From an uncultured delta proteobacterium (GTDB taxonomy: Bacteria > Myxococcota_A > Polyangia > Polyangiales > Polyangiaceae): a stretch of 64,000 nucleotides of DNA. The position numbers and the translations under genes were made by a program. The notes beneath the pieces are model-generated. The model was given only the letters and a program-made list of their open reading frames with translations, had not been told where the DNA came from and searched no databases. Location: contig CAWAIF010000003.1 in the NCBI GenBank assembly GCA_963782055.1, positions 6,144,001-6,208,000 of the forward strand, given 5' to 3'. Below are positions 45,410 through 56,048 of the stretch, piece by piece (the stretch's first letter is position 1; every line of letters begins with the position of its first letter).

Positions 45410-45645
45410 GGTCCGCTGCACGATCGCGCGCAAGGCCCTCGACACGATGAAGGACCGCGTGCGGCACATGACGAGCCGCATGCGCGGTCGGAGCCTGGCC
45501 CAGGTCTGCCGAGATCTGCGAGGGTACTTGCCAGGCTGGAAGAACTACTTCCAGCTTGTCGAGCTCCGCACGCTCTTTCGCGAGCTGGACTCTTGGATCC
45601 GGCACCGACTCCGCGCACTGCAGTTGAAGCAGTGGGTGCGAGGAG

Positions 45646-47090
45646 CATGCCCGATCTCTTAAGCACCGATCGCCCCAAGTTTGAGGGCGATTCGTTTCCT
45701 GGAGCGTGAAGGTTGTCGTTCGCGTGCCAGAGCGACGAGTGCCGCGCCCACGGTGGTCACGACGGCAGTCCACGCGGCGGTGCTCAGGGAGACGAGGGCG
45801 TCGACCAGGTCCCGCGCGTAGGCGCGCACGACGTGCAACGTCGCCAGGGGGCGCAGTTGCTCGAGAGGGACGTCGCGCGCGAGTGCAGCCTGGATCCTGA
45901 CCGAGCGCACGAGCGCGTGGGCGAGCATCGCGCCGTAGGTGAGCGCCTTGATCGCGTGGGGATCGGCGGTGAAGGAGCGGCCGAGGTCGGCGGTCTGCTT
46001 CAGCTCGCGAAAGAGCAGCTCGATCAGCCAGCGGAGTCGGTAGGTCTGGATGATCTGCCGTGGCGAGAGCACGCTGCGCGGCACGGTGGTCAGGTACCAG
46101 CGGATGACGGTCGACTTGTGCGCGAGTCCCACGAGCCGCAATGCGACGGTGTCCTTGCCCTTGCCCCACGTCACGTCGAGGTCGAAGATCGTCCCGCGCT
46201 TGCGCGACACGCTCTGCAGGTAGTAGCCAAGCGACCAGTTGTGGAGCGGGGTGTGGCCGTTCTCCGAGATGTGCGCGGTCACGCGTACCTTCGCCGTGGT
46301 CTTGAGGCGCATCAGCACGTGCGCGCCGGCAGCCTTCGCCTGGGTGAACAGAGCGCGCTCGAAAAAGCCGAGGTCGAAGAGGTAGAGCACCCCGCGCGTG
46401 AAGCTCGGGACCAGCTTCCGCCACAGCGGCGTCTCCGACGCGGTCTCCGCGTCGGAGACGCCGTGCTCGAGCAGGCCGGTCTTGATGCTGTAGCCCATCA
46501 CCCACTTGGTGCCGGCCTTGCCCTTGGTGCATCCCGGCAGCAGCTCGCGCCCGCGCGGTGGCACGCGCTGCCCCGTACCGTCGTAGACCCGCACGTCCTC
46601 GAAGCGGGCGAGCGGCCCGCTCAGCTCCAGGCCCGCCGCCTTCGTCACCGACGCCACGAGGTGCTCGAGCGCCGCGCGGAAGAACGCCGCCGCCGACTCC
46701 TGCTTGAACCGCTTCTGGAACGGGCACGGGCGCATGAAGCCGAAGCGCCTCACGAAGATCGCCCGCAGCGACTCGAACGACAGCGTCTGGCCCGCGAGGA
46801 ACCCCTCGACGACCGTGAGCACCAGGCGGAACGCGGTGGCGCGCCGCTGCCGCGGGTTGTAGCCGGTGCGGCCCCGAAGCTCGTCGATGACCGCCGGCGT
46901 GAAGGTCCGCTGCAGCTGCTCCTCCACCGCGCTCGCCTCTTCGCTCGGGTCTGGACGGCTGCTCGTGGCTCGGGTAGCTCTCGTCGTCATCGGGCGTCCT
47001 CTCCTTGTTGGTGTCGCAACCGAACAACGAGAAAGGCGCCCGATTTATTTCCATCATTCCGCCACGTTATGTCCAAAGGATCTGGCCATG
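45646..47090 (-). mobile_element. IS4-family element (transposase 45659..46990)
   Basis: TSD GTGCGAGGAG at 45636-45645 and 47091-47100. Confidence 0.95.
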
Positions 47091-47511
47091 GTGCGAGGAG
47101 TCACCGTCTTCCGAGAACTGCGCCGACGGGGGATTCCCTCCCGTCGACGCTCGCCGCGCGGCAGCAAATACGACGCGCTGGTGGCGAACCTCGGGAATGC
47201 GCGTCCTCAGCGTGGCTCTGCCGAACAAGCTCTTCGACGAGCTGGGGCTTCCCCGGCTCGACACGTGACCTCAACTCTCCGAACCGCCGGATGCGGACCC
47301 GCCTGTCCGGTGGTGTGGCAGGGGTCCCCGGGGAAACCCGGGGCCCCTATGCCGATACGTGTGTTTCGTAAACTTTTCCCGCCCGATCGCGCTAGGATTT
47401 CCTACGTGCTCCACCGGCGCCTGCTGCAGGTCCATGTCGGCGGCGAGCGTTGGGCGTAGTGATGCGGCCGGGGCCTCGGCCTGGGCTACGAGGGGACCAC
47501 CGGGGGCCACC

Positions 47512-47877
47512 TCACGGCTGGTGGCCGCCGGGCGGGCACGTGGAGGCGCAGTGCGGCCCCGCGTCCGGATATGTGCAGCAGTAGTGCTGGACGTCGCAGC
47601 CCAGGCCGTCGCCGCACCGGCACTCGCCGCCGATCACGTGATCGCCGATGCAACAGTAGCCGTCGACGCACGCCTGCTGCGCCACGCAGTCCTGGAGCGC
47701 CCCGTGGGGGCACGGGACGAGACCGGTGGAGCCCTCGTCCGCGCCGCCGGCCTCCACCGTCACGTCGCTCACCGAGGCGTCCTGGGGTGGGCCGCCGTCC
47801 TGGTAGATCACCGCCTTGCCACCGCAGCCGGCGGCGGCGAGCGTGAAGAGCGCGGCGGCGCGCGTCACAGTTCCCAT
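47512..47877 (-). CDS. Small Cys-rich lipoprotein
   Basis: MGTVTRAAALFTLAAAGCGG; GYCC.G....GECRCG..LGC. Confidence 0.75.
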   Translation of the reverse strand: MGTVTRAAALFTLAAAGCGGKAVIYQDGGPPQDASVSDVTVEAGGADEGSTGLVPCPHGALQDCVAQQACVDGYCCIGDHVIGGECRCGDGLGCDVQHYCCTYPDAGPHCASTCPPGGHQP

Positions 47878-48350
47878 GCTCCCCTTCCGCCGGCGTCGCG
47901 GCAGGCGGCCACCGACGTCGCGCACACCGGGACGCTGGCCTCGGGGTAGTCGCAGCACATCTCGGGGGGGAGACACCCGAGCGAGTAGCCGCAGACGCAC
48001 TTCCCCGCGCGGCCCTCGCCGGAGCAGCACCAGCCTGTGCCTATGTCGCAGTGGGCTTGCAGGCCCTCGGAGCCACAGTTGTAGTCAACCTTGCAGAAGC
48101 TCCCGTCTTGCGCAGGAAACTCGCCCGGCGCGGGCGGATAGAACCCGTCGAAGCCGTGCGCCCCATCGAACTGGGCGAACCAGTCCAGCTCGGCGTCGGA
48201 GATTCCGTCCGTGCCTCCGTCCTCGGACGCACCGTCACTGGAAACGCCACCGTCCACACTCGCGTCCGGGCCGACGTAGACGAAGGTCCCACCGCACGCA
48301 GCCAGCCCCGCAACGATCGCACCGAGCAGGGCGTTGCGCGTGGCTACCAC
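47865..48350 (-). CDS. Small Cys-rich lipoprotein
   Basis: LAACGG; GWCCSG...GKCVCG..LGC; paralogue of its neighbour. Confidence 0.75.
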   Translation of the reverse strand: MVATRNALLGAIVAGLAACGGTFVYVGPDASVDGGVSSDGASEDGGTDGISDAELDWFAQFDGAHGFDGFYPPAPGEFPAQDGSFCKVDYNCGSEGLQAHCDIGTGWCCSGEGRAGKCVCGYSLGCLPPEMCCDYPEASVPVCATSVAACRDAGGRGAWEL

Positions 48351-51300
48351 TTGACCGACTCCACGAACTGGTCGTTCGTGAGTCCTCCGCTGAGGCACTG
48401 CGTGGATCGGGCATAGGTCGTGATCCAGAGGGGCTCCGGTTGCAGCACGCCGTTCACCAGACGGCTCGGTGTGTCGAAGGGCGTCACCGAGGCCTCGTAG
48501 TCGCCGAAGTAGAAGTTGCCCGTCATCTCGTCGGTACGCGTGCTCGTACAAGGGGTGTAGGCGGTGCCGAGCGCCGCTGGCGTCGCCTCATCCGGAGGAG
48601 CCTCGCTCCCGACGATGGCACCGAACGGCACGAAGGTGCTCCCGTTGGTCGCGGTCTGCTGGTACCAGGTCAGCGCCGCGTAGCCACGCGTCGGGCTGGC
48701 ACCCAGCGCCGGCTGGAACTGCTCGCCGGCGTACTGAGGTACCTCGAACAATTTCTGAGGAGTCCAGCCCAGGTTATCGGGAAAGATGTAGTCGCAAGCA
48801 TCCTGGTTAGTGTCGACACAATCGTAATATGCCGCACGAGAATAACCCGCAACATCAATCCGGAACGCCAGATGAAGCTCCGCTCCATGGTTCCCCACGT
48901 CGAACGCGAGCGGCGTGGGGTCCCGCCAGTTGCGACCGAGGGCTCCGGGGGCCTCGTAGGGGACGGTCTGGTCGTCGAGCCGAAAGATCTCGTGGGGGCT
49001 CCAAAGGTCCGTCGCGGAGGCGCGCGTCAGGCGAACGACGATGGCGTCGTATTTGCTCTCATTGTGGCCCTTGGAAAGAGCCTCCTCAGCAGAATCTGTG
49101 GGTGAGCCAAGGCGGCTCGGGTAGGGCACCAAGCGCATGATACAGGGCGATCTCGGCGTGTCTTGGACTGCGGAAGCCGTACGCCTTTCGGGTCGTAACT
49201 CGCGCCTTGTTGTTGAATCCCTCGGTGGCGCCCGCGGCGAACTCCCCTCGGGCGAGGAACCAGTTGAGCAGCTCGCGTCGGTGGCTCCGGAGGGTGCGCG
49301 CGAACTTCGCAAAGGGGGCGAGGCGGGACCGCAAGGCCATGGTGGTCCAGCGGTCGAGGAAGCGGCCGGCGCCGGCGACCGAGGTGTAGGTCCAGAAGTG
49401 CTGGAACTGCTCCTTGAGCAGGTAGGCACGGACGGAGCGAAGGTTGATGCGGACGAGCTCGCGCAGGCGACCGCGCTCGCCGCGCCGGAGGTTCTTGGGC
49501 CGCTTGAGCAGCAGCCAGCGGGTCTTGGTGAGCAGGGGGTGGCGTCCGGTGGCGCGCAGGGCGCGGACCTCGTCGCGACGGACGGTGTCGACGGCCTCGC
49601 CGAGGAGCTTGGCGACGTGGAAGCGGTCCAGCACGTGGAGGACGACGGAGCAGCGGGCCTGCACGACGCTGAGGAAGGCACGCCACATGTCGCTGGCCAC
49701 GAAGGCGATAGCCTTGGTGCGCTCCTCGCCGAGCATGTCGAAGAAGGAATGGAAGCTCGCGGCGGTGCGGTCGCGGGCGATGTGGAGCAGGCGACGGCAG
49801 TCGTGGTCGATCTGGTAGACGACGGTGAGGTACTTCTGCCCCTTCTTCCAGGCCAGCTCGTCGACGCCGATGGACCGGATGCCATCGAGGCTGCGATGCT
49901 CGAGGCCCCACTGTACCGCGTGCTCGACGCAGCGGAAGACGGTGTCCCAGCTCGAGTGGAAGCGGCGCGCCACCTCCGTCCACGAGAGCACCCGCGCCCA
50001 GCTCGCGACGAACCACACGAACGCGTGCGTCGCCTGGCTCTTGCCGGAGGCCCAGGGCACCAGCTCCACCGTGACGCCGCAACGCGGACAGTCCACGCGG
50101 CGCATCGCATAGACGAACAACACCGCGATGCCCCAGAGCGGCACGAAGGTGAACAGGCGCGGCGGCCCGTGGTCGTAGCCGCGCCGCTTCCGGTAGCAGT
50201 GCGAGCACACGGCAAGGGACCCGCGGCGAGGTCGAACGTGGACGTGCAGCGCTGGCCGCGTGGGCGTCCCGGCCCAGGTGATCTTGTCGTAGACGAATCC
50301 GGGCTGCGGCTGCAGCCGGCGCAGGATAGATTGAAGGTGCATCGTGCGAGGGGGTTGGAGGTTGGATGCCGTCTTCCTTGCACGATGCATCCTTCCCTTC
50401 CAGCCCCAACGACCGGCGCTCGGCGCGAGGCTCGCGGGCGGGACGCCCACACGCTCCCGCGATGCGAGCCCCGTGACGAGCGCCGAGCGATCCGCTTCAC
50501 GTCAACCCACGGATTCGGCGGGGGAGCCTGGAAAGAGAGACGCGCCCGTTGTCCAGATACGCGAGGTAGGCCAGGTTGGACGAGACCATCTTGACGATGA
50601 CGTGACTGTAGCCGCCGTGCGAGGCGAAGGCGAGGGGCAGCGCCTGCGGCGGCCCCCATGCCGCGTCGTTGCCAGAGTCCTCTGTCGTGACGACGTACAC
50701 CTCCTTGCTGTGCGCCGTATCGAAGCCGAGCATGGCCGCGTCGCCGGCCATGGAGAGGGACTCCTGGTCCGGGAACTCGCCTGGAAGGTAGGCCGCAACG
50801 TAAGGCGGCGCGAACGTTGGCGTGCCGTCCTCCGACCGCGCGACCACGACGGAGTCGGGGTCCACGTTCGTCGTGTCACAGTAGTCCGCAGTGGAGGTCA
50901 CCCCGAGGTTCGCGTACAGCACGCGGGTGCCGTTGGTGGCGAGCCATGGGTCGCCCGCGAGCGCGAGCGGGCAATGCGCGGCGGTGCACTGGCTGGGCGC
51001 AACGGGCTGGATGTCACCCCGGTTCATCCAGGAGACGGGCTCGAGCGAGGTCAAGACACCCAGGTTGTCGAAGGTGGCCGTGGAGAGCCCGGCGAACGTC
51101 TGGCCCCGGTACAAGAGCTGCGACCCGTCCGGGATGAACCCCGGCGTGATGCATACGCTCTGGCCCGGGTTGTTGGGGTCGACCTTTCGCTCGCCCTGCT
51201 CGTCGTTCGTACCGAGGAAGAGCGTGTGCGTGGACGCCACGTAGACCGACTGGGTCTCCGACTGGAAGAAGTTGCGGCGGGTGGCGTCCATGGTGGGGTT

Positions 51301-51384
51301 CGACGCGTTGGCCTCGCAGCCGGCAGCGATGACCGCCGCCATCGCCAGAGAACACTTCGCGACCATCTTGACGCTCGCTCCCAT
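48344..51384 (-). pseudogene. Large secreted BNR-like lipoprotein split by ISL3
   Basis: 51384..50537 plus 49079..48344 give a 527-aa in-frame ORF; AAGC lipobox, GDPW, YFGDYEAS. Confidence 0.8.
49080..50528 (-). mobile_element. ISL3-family element copy 2
   Basis: 1449 bp, same as 33984..35432; 8-bp TSD TGGAAAGA. Confidence 0.95.
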
Positions 51385-51890
51385 GAGCCCTCCCTCTCGC
51401 GCGACTGCGCGCAGTGCAGCAGCGCACGGCAGAAGTCGGGTGTCAACGGTCGGTGACGCTCAATTTCAAGATGGGTACGCCGATGTCGGCCGACTACGCA
51501 CAAGGACCGATGGAGACGAGCGCGGCGCGCGGTCTCGATGCTCTGGGCAGCCGGCGATGCGCGCCTGCACGACCGGGAACCCCACCCTGTCGCCGAGGTG
51601 CCAGACGTACGTCACCTCCCCGGTGAGCGGCGGCGGCGGCGGGACGTCGGCCAGATTGGCGTGGCACACGGGTGGCGGCGGCCTCGGCGCGCGCGCTCCT
51701 GCGCGCCAGCGCGCGGCGACGACGCCGGCCAGCGCGGCGGCGCCGGCGGCGGCGAGGACCCAGCGGAGGGAGGCGCGATTGGCCACGGCGAGAGGGTAGC
51801 GCCGGGCGGGGCCCCCTCGCCACATCGGCGGCCGCTCACGCGGGCACGAACAGGCCCCGCTCCGGTCGACCTGCTCGGCCGGAGCAGCTA

Positions 51891-53341
51891 GGGAGCGTAC
51901 GGGATTTGAGCGCGGTTTTCCACGAGCCTCGAGCCCTCGGGGCACCGCCGGCGGCGGCGTGTGGTGCGCCTGAACGTCGCATGGCGGCCGCGGCGGCGGG
52001 CGGAGCGCCGGTTTCCAGCAAGGAGCCGCCATGAAGAAGAGAGCCGCAAAGAGGAACAGGAAGCAAGAGGCGTCGGCGGGGGCCGCGCTGCCGGAGGCGT
52101 TCCGGCAGATGGTCCCGCCGATGATCGCCGGCATCGAGGTCACTCGGAGCGGCTTGCTGGCGTTCGTCCACGCGATGGGTCGCGCCGCACTCGACGAGCT
52201 TCTTCGGGGCGAGGCCGAGCGCGTCGCTGGCCCGAAGGGCAAGCACGTCGCTGGTCGTGCCGCGCACCACTGGGGCACGACCCACACGCCGCTGCCGTTC
52301 GGTGGGCGTGACATCGTCGTGCAGCGGCCGCGCGTCCGCAGCAAGGACGGGCGCGAGGTCGCCTTGCCGTTGGTGGAGGAGCTTCGTCGTCGCGACCCGC
52401 TGCCCGACCGGGTCGCCGAGCAGATCGTGCTCGGCGTCTCGACGCGCGGCTACGAGCGGAGCCTGGAGCCGGTCGCGGCCGGAACCAGGACGCGGCGCGC
52501 GAGCAAGAGTGCGGCGAGCCGGGCGCTCGTGGACAAGACCACGGAGAGGATGAGCGCGTTCCTCCGCCGCCGTCTTGACGCGCTCGACATCGTGGCGATG
52601 TTCGCCGACGGACTGGAGGTGGCGAGCCAGACAGTCATCGTGGCCCTCGGCGTTACGGCCGAGGGGACGAAGGTGCCGCTGGGCCTCTGGCTCGGCTCGA
52701 CGGAGAACGCGGCGGTCTGCACCTCGCTCGTGCAGAACCTGGTCGAGCGGGGGCTGAGGATCGACGGCAAGTTCCTGCGCGTGATCGACGGCGGCAAGGG
52801 GCTGCGCAAGGCGCTCTGCGACGTGCTCGGGTCGAGCGCGGTGCTGCAGCGCTGCCAGGTCCACAAGACGCGCAACGTCCGCGACCATCTGCCCGACTCG
52901 CGCAGGGCGTACGTGAGCGGCCAGATGCGCGAGGCGTACCGGACGCGCAACGCGAAGGTCGCCAAGAAGCGGCTGCTTCAGCTCGCGTCGTGGCTCGACA
53001 AGAACGGCGAGGACGCGGCGGCCGGCAGCCTGCGCGAGGGTCTCGACGAGACGCTCACCGTGCTCAAGCTCGGCCTCCATCCCACCCTCTGCCGCACCTT
53101 CGCGACGACCAACGCCATCGAGAACATGAACGGGACCATCCGCCGCACGCGCAACGTGAAGCGCTGGCGCGGCGGCCCGATGATCCGCCGCTGGGTCGCC
53201 CTCGCGGTGGTCGAAGCGCAGAAGAAGTTTCGGCGCGTGAAGGGTCACGCCCACATGTCCGCGCTCGTCCGCGCCCTGCGCCCCGAGCAGCTCACCGTTG
53301 CCGACCGGGAGAAGGTCGCGTAGTCCATCAGACCGCCGCCG
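51891..53341 (+). mobile_element. IS256-family element (transposase 52031..53323), right end apparently truncated
   Basis: GVSTR, FADG, VIDGGKGL, QRCQVHK, TTNAIE; left end GGGAGCGTACGGGATTTG; no matching right IR seen. Confidence 0.8.
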
Positions 53342-53729
53342 GTACGACTGCTCACGTAGGTTCGCGTTTTCCAGTCGGAGCGAACGAACCTTTTCGTATA
53401 AGTAAGAGTCGATTGCGTGAGCGCGCCGGGTCGCGGCGGCGGTCGCGTGGCGCGGGTGCGCGGTCGCGAAATCGACGGTTGGACGAAGCCGGTGCGCGGC
53501 AGCGGCGAGGCGGTGGCCTCGGAGCCCTATGGGGAAGTTGGCGGCGTGTGGGTCACGTGTGCGGGTGCGCGAGGTGCGGAGCGGGCGGCGGGACGGCGCT
53601 CGACGCGGGCGTCCCGGAGCGCGCAGCGGGCAGCCGTGCGTGCTCGGAGGGCGGGTTTTCGTGGCGCGGATGGACAGGGGCCTGCGCCGCACTCGTGGAG
53701 CGAGCGCAGTGGAACACGACGCGGGGAGA

Positions 53730-54890
53730 TCATGCGGCCCCCGGCGGGTCGCGAGCTCGGGGCTCCGGCAGCGCGGTGCGCACGAGGGCAGGCGTGTGGC
53801 AAGCGGGGCAGCGGCGCAGGTCGATGCCCGCGATTCGCAGCAGCAGGTCGGCGGCGTCGGCACGGCGCACCGGTCGCGCAGCGGGCGCCGCGTGCGGACC
53901 CAGTCTGCGGCGTGCGGTCTCGAGGCGCGTGGTGGCGTGGCTGGCGGAGTGCAGGCCGTAGTGGCGGATCTTGACGAAGCCGCGCGGCAGCACGTGCTGG
54001 ACGAAGCGCGCGAGCAGCTCCTCGGCCGGGACGGTGACCGACTTGCCGTCTCTGGTGCGGAAGGTGACGCCGCGCTCGCCCATCGAGACGAAGCGGTGGT
54101 TGGAGATGCCGACGCGGTGCGTGTAGCGACCGAGGTAGCGGATGACCTGAGCGGGGCCGCCAAAGGGTCGCTTGGCGTAGACGACCCAGGCCTTGCGTCG
54201 GAGCGCCAGCAGGTCGACGCCGCCCAGGTCGACGAGGCCGCGCGCGTGGGCGCGCTCGAGAGCGGCGAGCATCTTGCCGCGAAAGAGCGCGCCCATCACG
54301 CGCACGGGGAAGAGGAAGCGACGGCGCGCGCGCACCCAGCGCGCGGCGTCGCCGGTGAGTCCGCCGCCGGTGACGATGGCGTGCACGTGGGGGTGGAAGA
54401 GCAGCGCGCGCGTCCAGGTGTGCAGGACCATCGTGACGCCGAGCTCGGCGCCGAGCCACTTCGGATCCCGCGCGAGGGTGGCCAGCGTGTCGGCCGCGCT
54501 CGCGAAGAGCATGTCGAAGACCCGCGCGCGCGAGCGCCGCGCGACGGCGCGCAGCTCGGCGGGGAGCGTGAAGACGACGTGGAAGTAGTGCACGGGCAGA
54601 ATGCGCTCGAGCCGCGTGGCGACCCACCGCGCCTGCGCGAGCGACTGGCACTTGGGACAGTGCCGGTTGCGGCACGAGTTGTACGACGGTCGCTCGAGCC
54701 CGCACGCGGTGCACACGTCCAGATGTCCGCCCAGCGCGGCAGTCCGGCATCGCTCGATCGCCCGCAGCGCCGACCGCTCCTCGGGACGCAGCACGCGGCC
54801 GCCGGCGAAGGCCTCGCCGTGGGCGCGCACCACGTCCGCGAGCTCGATGGGCGCCGCGCGCGTGCGCGCGGGCGCACACGACGGGTGCAT
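53730..54890 (-). CDS. IS91-family transposase
   Basis: One residue different from 40363..41523. Confidence 0.92.
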   Translation of the reverse strand: MHPSCAPARTRAAPIELADVVRAHGEAFAGGRVLRPEERSALRAIERCRTAALGGHLDVCTACGLERPSYNSCRNRHCPKCQSLAQARWVATRLERILPVHYFHVVFTLPAELRAVARRSRARVFDMLFASAADTLATLARDPKWLGAELGVTMVLHTWTRALLFHPHVHAIVTGGGLTGDAARWVRARRRFLFPVRVMGALFRGKMLAALERAHARGLVDLGGVDLLALRRKAWVVYAKRPFGGPAQVIRYLGRYTHRVGISNHRFVSMGERGVTFRTRDGKSVTVPAEELLARFVQHVLPRGFVKIRHYGLHSASHATTRLETARRRLGPHAAPAARPVRRADAADLLLRIAGIDLRRCPACHTPALVRTALPEPRARDPPGAA

Positions 54891-54896
54891 CGGGGC

Positions 54897-55742
54897 TCAG
54901 GGCAGCGCGTCGAGGGGGCTCTGAATCGACTGCACGCGGGCGGTGCTCACGTGCAGGTAGGCCATCGTGCTCCTGAGCGACGCGTGCCCGAGCAAGACCT
55001 GCAACGTGCGAAGGTCGGTCCCTGCGTCGAGCAGGTGCGTGGCGAAGCTGTGGCGCAGCGTGTGCGGCGACACGCGCCGGGTGATGCCCGCGCGCCGCGC
55101 CGCCTTGAGGATCGCCCGGTGGACGGCCGCGCGCGTGAGGAGCGTCCCGGGCACGCGCCCCGGAAACAGTTGCGGTCCTGCGGGTCGTGACGCCTTCCAG
55201 TACGCGCGCAGCGTCGCCAGCAGCCTCGCGCTGAGCATCACGTAGCGCTCACGCCCGCGCTTGGTGTGCCGCACGTGCAGGAGCATCCGCTTCGGATCGA
55301 TGTCGTCCACCCGGAGCTTGCACACCTCGCTCACGCGCAGCCCCGCCCCGTAGGCGAGCATCACCAGGGCCCGGTGCTTGTGGCTCGTGAGCGCCGCGAG
55401 CAGCCGCGCCACCTCCGCGCTCGTCAGCACCACCGGCACGTGCATCGGCACCCGCATGCGCGCCATCCCCAGCGTCGCCTCCGGCCGCTCCAGCGTCACC
55501 TCGTAGAGAAACCTCAGCGCGGCCGCGTGCACGTTGACCGTCAACGCCGCCAGCCTGCGCTCCGCCACCAGGTGCAAGAGGAACGTCCGGATCTCCGCCG
55601 CCCCCAGCGCGCACGGCGACCGCCCGTGGTACTGCGCGAACCGCCGCACGCACCCCACGTACGTGGCGATCGTGTTGGCGCTCATCCCTCGCAGCGCGAG
55701 GTCCTCGCTCATCGTGTCCCGCAGTCTTCGCTTCGCACCCAT
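54897..55742 (-). CDS. Tyrosine recombinase
   Basis: One residue different from 41530..42375. Confidence 0.92.
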   Translation of the reverse strand: MGAKRRLRDTMSEDLALRGMSANTIATYVGCVRRFAQYHGRSPCALGAAEIRTFLLHLVAERRLAALTVNVHAAALRFLYEVTLERPEATLGMARMRVPMHVPVVLTSAEVARLLAALTSHKHRALVMLAYGAGLRVSEVCKLRVDDIDPKRMLLHVRHTKRGRERYVMLSARLLATLRAYWKASRPAGPQLFPGRVPGTLLTRAAVHRAILKAARRAGITRRVSPHTLRHSFATHLLDAGTDLRTLQVLLGHASLRSTMAYLHVSTARVQSIQSPLDALP

Positions 55743-56048
55743 CGCGGCCTCCTTCGGCTCCGCGCGCGCCCACGAGCGGGCGGCGCGCGCCGCAGGATCG
55801 CCCGCATCACGGCACGCGAGGGCTACGAGGCGGGCTCGTCAGCGCGCACACGGCTCGCGGGGCTCCCGGGTCGCGAGCGAGCTTGATGCGGAGCCACGCT
55901 GCCGCGCAGCGGCTTCGTCCAACGTGTGTTTCGTAAACTTTTCCCGCCCGATCGCGCTAGGATTTCCTACGTGCTCGAAGCCATCACGAATGAGCGGGCC
56001 ATCGTCGAGCAGGACGTGCTCGTGGAGTGGGCTACGTCCAGAGAGTGC

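Larger units (their letters stand above)
42984..47268 (+). pseudogene. ltrA: Group II intron reverse transcriptase/maturase, disrupted
   Basis: Segments 42984-43964, 45420-45645, 47101-47268; GTPQGGPLSP, YADD, GWKNYF; extra frameshift near 47138. Confidence 0.9.
42555..47356 (+). ncRNA. Group IIC intron, interrupted by two IS4 copies
   Basis: 5' GTGCGCCCAGCATGGGC; domain V GAACCGCCGGATGCGGACCCGCCTGTCCGGTGGTGTG at 47281; 3' end CCGAT; empty site visible at 55921/55922; 1892 bp without the ISs. Confidence 0.92.
39987..47409 (-). mobile_element. Tyrosine recombinase + IS91-type transposase element, copy 1 (contains intron)
   Basis: Near-identical to 53351..55974 apart from the intron and the outer ~45 bp; no TSD. 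Confidence 0.85.
53351..55974 (-). mobile_element. Tyrosine recombinase + IS91-type transposase element, copy 2 (intron-free)
   Basis: Both ORFs intact; 27-bp subterminal inverted repeats at 53478 and 55923; outer boundary approximate. Confidence 0.85.

Noticed and set aside
39490..47356. Diversity-generating retroelement (Avd-like gene near an RT)
   Set aside because: The RT lies in a complete group IIC intron with clear ends and an empty allele; no TR/VR pair with adenine-specific mismatches was seen
51466..51790. Small membrane-anchored ORF left of IS256
   Set aside because: Plausible N-terminus, but no family recognised and the C-terminus looks non-coding; not called
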